Assembly: GCA_905178155.1 (NCBI GenBank) | Contig: CAJINV010000014.1 | Location: 1,443,984 to 1,507,983 of the forward strand | Origin: Amoebophrya sp. A120 | Lineage: Eukaryota; Protista; Dinoflagellata | Direction of reading: 5' to 3' | DNA length: 64,000 bases | Shown here: positions 60,201 through 64,000 of the stretch, piece by piece | Position numbering within the stretch: the first letter of the stretch is position 1 | Layout: each line of letters begins with the position of its first letter | Notes under the pieces: model-generated | Database searches by the model: none | What the model was told of the DNA's origin: nothing | The model's input: the letters and a program-made list of their open reading frames with translations, nothing else | Position numbers and translations under genes: made by a program

Positions 60201-61100
60201 GAAATCCAAGTCGTGTGAAAAGGTACTGTGGTGCTGACCACATGGACATTTTTCTTTATGATCTCGGAATTTGAAGTTGATGAAGAGCTCCAAGCCCTTC
60301 GTACGGAAAAATGAAAATGAAAAAAAGCAAATTTCTTCCCAGGCGCGGTCTGAAAGGCTGGGTGGCTTTCATCCAAGGCCTGCAGGACAAGGACGACAGA
60401 GGGTTTGGCACGATTCATAGGTCACAGTGGACAAGGTTGCACAAAAGCCTCGGCTTGGGCTTGACGATTGAAGAATCCGACGTGCTGTTTCGCGCCTTGA
60501 TCAGCCCAAAGGACGGCGGTATGGACTACAGGTGGGTTGGGTTTTGGAATATTATCTTCACTTGGTTTATTTTCCTACTCCTGTTCTGGATGAAGATTAC
60601 CGTGGCGGCACATGACAGTTACCATACATACTCATCCAGGCAAAGCCAAACCCAAAGAAAGATAAATTAATAAGTACAACAACCGGCGCATTGAAAACAC
60701 TAGGTTGCTTCTGAACCAAATCCGCATGAAATCCGACAAAATCGCGGCTCCCATCCTGCAAAGCGCGAAGTCGCAGTTTGTCACGCTCCTCACCGCGGCA
60801 GGCGATAATTCAGCATCGGGGATGGAATGCATTGAGATCAACACGTTGCTGCGCTTGGGTTTCAACCCCGAGGCGTACCCGTTGACCGTTCTGAGGGGCC
60901 AGTCCCTCACCGCGTCCGTGGACGACTTCGCGTGTGCCGTCGCGTTTCTGTCCGCCTACGAAGCAAGCACGGACAGTTCGGTGTTAGGCATCGAAACGTT
61001 CCTGGACTTGGTGGACCTGGGACTCGGCTGCTATTCCACACCAGACGAAGCGAGACTATTCGCGCAGGCGCTCGGGATGGACGTGAAGCATTTGGTGTGA
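54201..61100 (+). CDS. Calcyphosin-like multi-EF-hand protein (many exons; not all junctions resolved)
   Basis: EF-hand loops DLTNTGKLDWKSF, DDNLDDYLDRAEF, DKDDRGFGTI; calcyphosin-type motifs RRQAVRAAYRKLDPDQEGFV..YNVSRHP and SAMITSDAYFDVVIRRMWGL; six TIR elements plus canonical introns; start codon tentative. Confidence 0.75.
55423..55600. mobile_element. TIR introner, family A (degenerate)
   Basis: TATGCGTTGCAAATGTGTAGTCTGGGG...CCCAGACATGTCTGCCTTTGATA; flanks CGCAC/CGCGG; frame restored. Confidence 0.75.
56279..56533. mobile_element. TIR introner, family A
   Basis: TSD CCTAC; nearly identical over its whole length to 38464-38715. Confidence 0.92.
57570..58171. mobile_element. Family A TIR introner carrying a nested 328-bp insert (57633-57960)
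   Basis: Perfect TIRs of about 33 bp; TSD ATGGG; insert flanked by 16-bp repeat CATGACACAGCAGGTG. Confidence 0.9.
58234..58561. mobile_element. TIR introner, family C
   Basis: TATTGAGAGGAAAAATCCCCC...GGGGGATTTTTCATTTTGATA; TSD ACACC; restores HLSFSTHPEV. Confidence 0.9.
59052..59160. mobile_element. TIR introner, family I (shortest, 109 bp)
   Basis: TATTCCCTGAAAATTAACCATC...GATGGTTAATTTTCAGGGAATA; TSD TCGTC. Confidence 0.92.
59204..59577. mobile_element. TIR introner, family A (degenerate right end)
   Basis: TATCAAATGCAAATAT..GTCTGGGTCTGGAA...TTCCAGGTGCAGACCCATATTTGCAATGTAAA; flanks GCCAG/CCCAG. Confidence 0.75.
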
Positions 61101-62448
61101 GGAGCAACAGCGGACGATGATGAACTACGAGAGATGTACCGTTTCTTGCAACTCGAACTTTTTTAGGACGTGAGCGTGTAGATAGTCGTAAGGAAGTAAT
61201 GCTTTCGACGATCCTCTCGTTCATAAAAAAACACAGATGAAACATTTACGCCAAGCGCAAATTTTAGAACCATGATTAACATAACAATGAGGATATTGAC
61301 CATGATACGCATGTTGGAGCGCAAAGTAGTTGTCTATAGGGCCTACAACTTAGACTTACATTTCGTCACGCCGGAAAATTCTTCCTGAAGACACAAATGC
61401 AATAGAAGAAAATCAATCACAATGAATCGCACCACTACAGCTCGATGCTGACGTGAGTTTTCAATGTACCAACTACAGTGTGTCAAAGTCCTCAAAGACA
61501 CAAATTGAATGACGATATGCATATTCCACATTACGTGGTTCTGCTTGTTATCGTTTTTATTTACCCGATGTAAATGCCCCCAAAACCAACATGACTCCAG
61601 ATTATATCAGCGCAGCGCTTTTGATGAAAACAATCACGAATCACAATGAATCGCAGGAGGTTTACAATAATGCAGCAGCTAGCACTTGCACTTGTACCAA
61701 GCTCTAGTGCCCGCGCTAGAAAGAAAGTACCGAAGGCCTCGTCTATGACGAAGGTATACATAAGGAATCTCAGCCGAGTTGTACTCGTTCAAGACGACCC
61801 TTGTGAAGAAAAATCAATGTGCTGTGTATTGTGGACTTCCCGCCCCTCGCTTGTATGATGGACCGACACGACAAAAAATAAATGAAAATGACAAATAAGA
61901 TTTATCCGTGTGGCACCCTTCGCGGAAGCTGCTGGAGTAGAAATGGCGGAAAGCATCTGCGCACCATCTGTGCACCACCTATCGCTTCTTTGCACTTCTT
62001 GTTCTTGCAGCTTACGTTGCACGGAGGATGGTGTTCCGGGATAGATCTGGAGCATTTAATTATGCTTCCACGAGGCTGCTCTGCCTGGTCGTCATTTTTT
62101 AACAGCAGCTGGATCGTCCGGAAAGTTTGTAGCTTTCCGCGAACTAGATCATCTTCATGGAACCACAACCAGCGATAATGCCGTACTTGAATTCTGAAAG
62201 TCGTGCCACTCTCCTCCTTCCCCTTTTACAATCACTACCTTGTATCTCTATTATAATAATGATTATTTAACTTGACGATGTTGACTCGGTGCCTTTTGTC
62301 CCGTGAACGGCGCGTGTTGGCCTCTACTGCGACGCGAAAACGAGTCAAATCAAAATATACCTTTCCATGAAACTTGTTTTCATTTTTATTGTTTTTTTCA
62401 TCTGTGAATGCCCTTGCTATGGAAGTATGAGCGTACGATAGCATAAAC

Positions 62449-63348
62449 ATGAGAATGACAGCAACTACTCCTGCTGCTCCAGTAGCGGCAAGAAAAACCA
62501 GCGGCGCCCCCACTCCATCTCGTCCACCTCCAGTGTCTACAACAAGGAAAACGACAGGAGTTCCTCCGACCCTGTTCACCCTCGGGCACAGTACCCGCAG
62601 CGTATCCGAGCTGGTCGAATTGTTGAAGGCGAACGACATTGGGTATCTGATTGATATCCGTGCCAGCCCGTTCTCTCGGAAAAATCCCCACTTCGACAAA
62701 ACCTCCGAACTCTTGCAACAAGAGCTAAACCGAAACCAAATCCAGTACGAGCACTGCCCGGAGCTCGGCGGCGCGCCTGCCGGGAGCGAACCAGGGCGGG
62801 GGATCTTTTGGAACCTCAGGCAGGAACGCGGACAGCGAAAGCTGCAAGAAATTGTGGATAGAGTGATCAAGAATAATTGTGTTGAAGATTATGATACAAA
62901 GGAAGGAGTCCGAGTCGCGCCGCCCGCTGGTAGTACAAGTACTAGTTCCACGACGGCTGCAGGCACAACTATAGCTCATCCGACTTCTTCCGGGAGCAAG
63001 AACACGGCCATCATGTGTGCCTGTTTTGTTTGGAACGAGTGCCACCGGCAGGTGATTTCGCAAAGACTCGCGGAGCGAAACGTAACCGTGAAGCACCTGA
63101 CGGAAGTGGGAAAGCAACCCATTCCCCACCCGACAAGGATGTTATTCGAGCGGGCGTTGGTCGAGTCGCAGGGGGGGCTGGACCCGGATGACTATCGGGA
63201 GCAAATGATTTGCTTCCCGGTGGTGGATTTTAATAGCAGTTTTGGTTCCCAGATAAATGGAATGTTGAGCGGGAACTTTCTACTCCCTCAGGAAGTAGAC
63301 GAAGAACCTGTTGGAACGAAAAAGAAAACAAGATGGAAGAAAACATGA
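62449..63348 (+). CDS. DUF488 family protein (299 aa, intronless)
   Basis: LFTLGHSTRS..LLKANDIGYLIDIRASPFSRKNPHF..YEHCPELGG and AIMCA...ECHR motifs match the DUF488 pattern. Confidence 0.85.
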   Translation: MRMTATTPAAPVAARKTSGAPTPSRPPPVSTTRKTTGVPPTLFTLGHSTRSVSELVELLKANDIGYLIDIRASPFSRKNPHFDKTSELLQQELNRNQIQYEHCPELGGAPAGSEPGRGIFWNLRQERGQRKLQEIVDRVIKNNCVEDYDTKEGVRVAPPAGSTSTSSTTAAGTTIAHPTSSGSKNTAIMCACFVWNECHRQVISQRLAERNVTVKHLTEVGKQPIPHPTRMLFERALVESQGGLDPDDYREQMICFPVVDFNSSFGSQINGMLSGNFLLPQEVDEEPVGTKKKTRWKKT

Positions 63349-64000
63349 CAGAAACTAGGAAAAATGATCAAAGACGATGATTCAAGAAAACAAAAGCGAA
63401 ATATTAATCTTGGATGTGGGAGGCTCCCCGTTCTTCGCGCTTGTTGAACAAGCCTTGTTCTAGAAAAATACTTCTGCAAGGGTCTAGACCTAGAGATCCA
63501 GATCTTGTATGTACATACTGTCTTTGTGAGTGTGACAGAAATGGATCACGCCGGTACACTTAAGGGTCAGGAGCAGGGGCCGCGAGCAGGTTTTGCATTT
63601 GTAGATCAGAACCGCATTGAATACAGAACCGCTCTTTTCAGCTGTTGACCGCCAAACTCTACTTGCAGATCTAAATCATAAACTCCATTGGTTTCTATCT
63701 TGCAGGTTGGAGCACAGCAGCACCTTGTTATCATCAAGCAATCTAAGTTTCTGCCACCGTACAACTACAAACTGTTGCCGAAAATTGATACACTACGCTA
63801 CAATCTCAATCTGCGTTTTCTTGATTTGTTTTTCTTTTAGTTGCAAATTTATCGAAAAAGAAACTCTTGTGACCTGAAAATAGTTGTAAAGGCAAACTAG
63901 GACCACGACCACGGCGAAAAGAATAAAACTAAGTACATATTAGCTGCAAGACCACATCATGGCGCCGTTCTACTTGTACTTGCTTACCGCGACATCCATG

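Noticed and set aside
1-64000. Autonomous transposase, reverse transcriptase or maturase for the elements
   Set aside because: No ORF with recognisable DDE, RT, HUH or tyrosine-recombinase motifs; a profile search could still find a remote one
1-64000. Dinoflagellate spliced-leader relic (CCGTAGCCATTTTGGCTCAAG) upstream of genes; tRNA/rRNA genes
   Set aside because: No convincing match seen by eye

Overview
Eukaryotic genomic DNA. The architecture (all genes on one strand, abundant non-GT-AG introns with terminal inverted repeats) points to the parasitic dinoflagellate Amoebophrya (Syndiniales) or a relative; this assignment is inference. I reconstructed by hand 11 protein-coding genes, all on the + strand: two PLAC8-like paralogs, a 2744-aa surface-protein-like gene, an NHR/SPRY-like protein, a calcyphosin-like EF-hand protein, an intronless DUF488 gene and five hypothetical proteins. 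The dominant feature is 42 short (109-602 bp, one 1411 bp) non-coding elements in about 11 unrelated TIR families, labelled A-K here. They share one grammar: 5-bp target duplication, TAT...TIR, internal GCAT(G/C/T)ACAAA motifs, TIR...ATA, 5-bp duplication. Forty of the 42 interrupt coding exons. In every case, removing the element plus one 5-bp copy restores the reading frame, and only two can be placed in a GT-AG register. They behave like DNA-transposon-derived introns (introners), present in either orientation. A second class of 0.3-1.1 kb inserts is flanked by 5-64 bp direct repeats. No transposase, RNA gene or CRISPR array was recognised. Coordinates were counted by hand and may be off by 1-2 nt.
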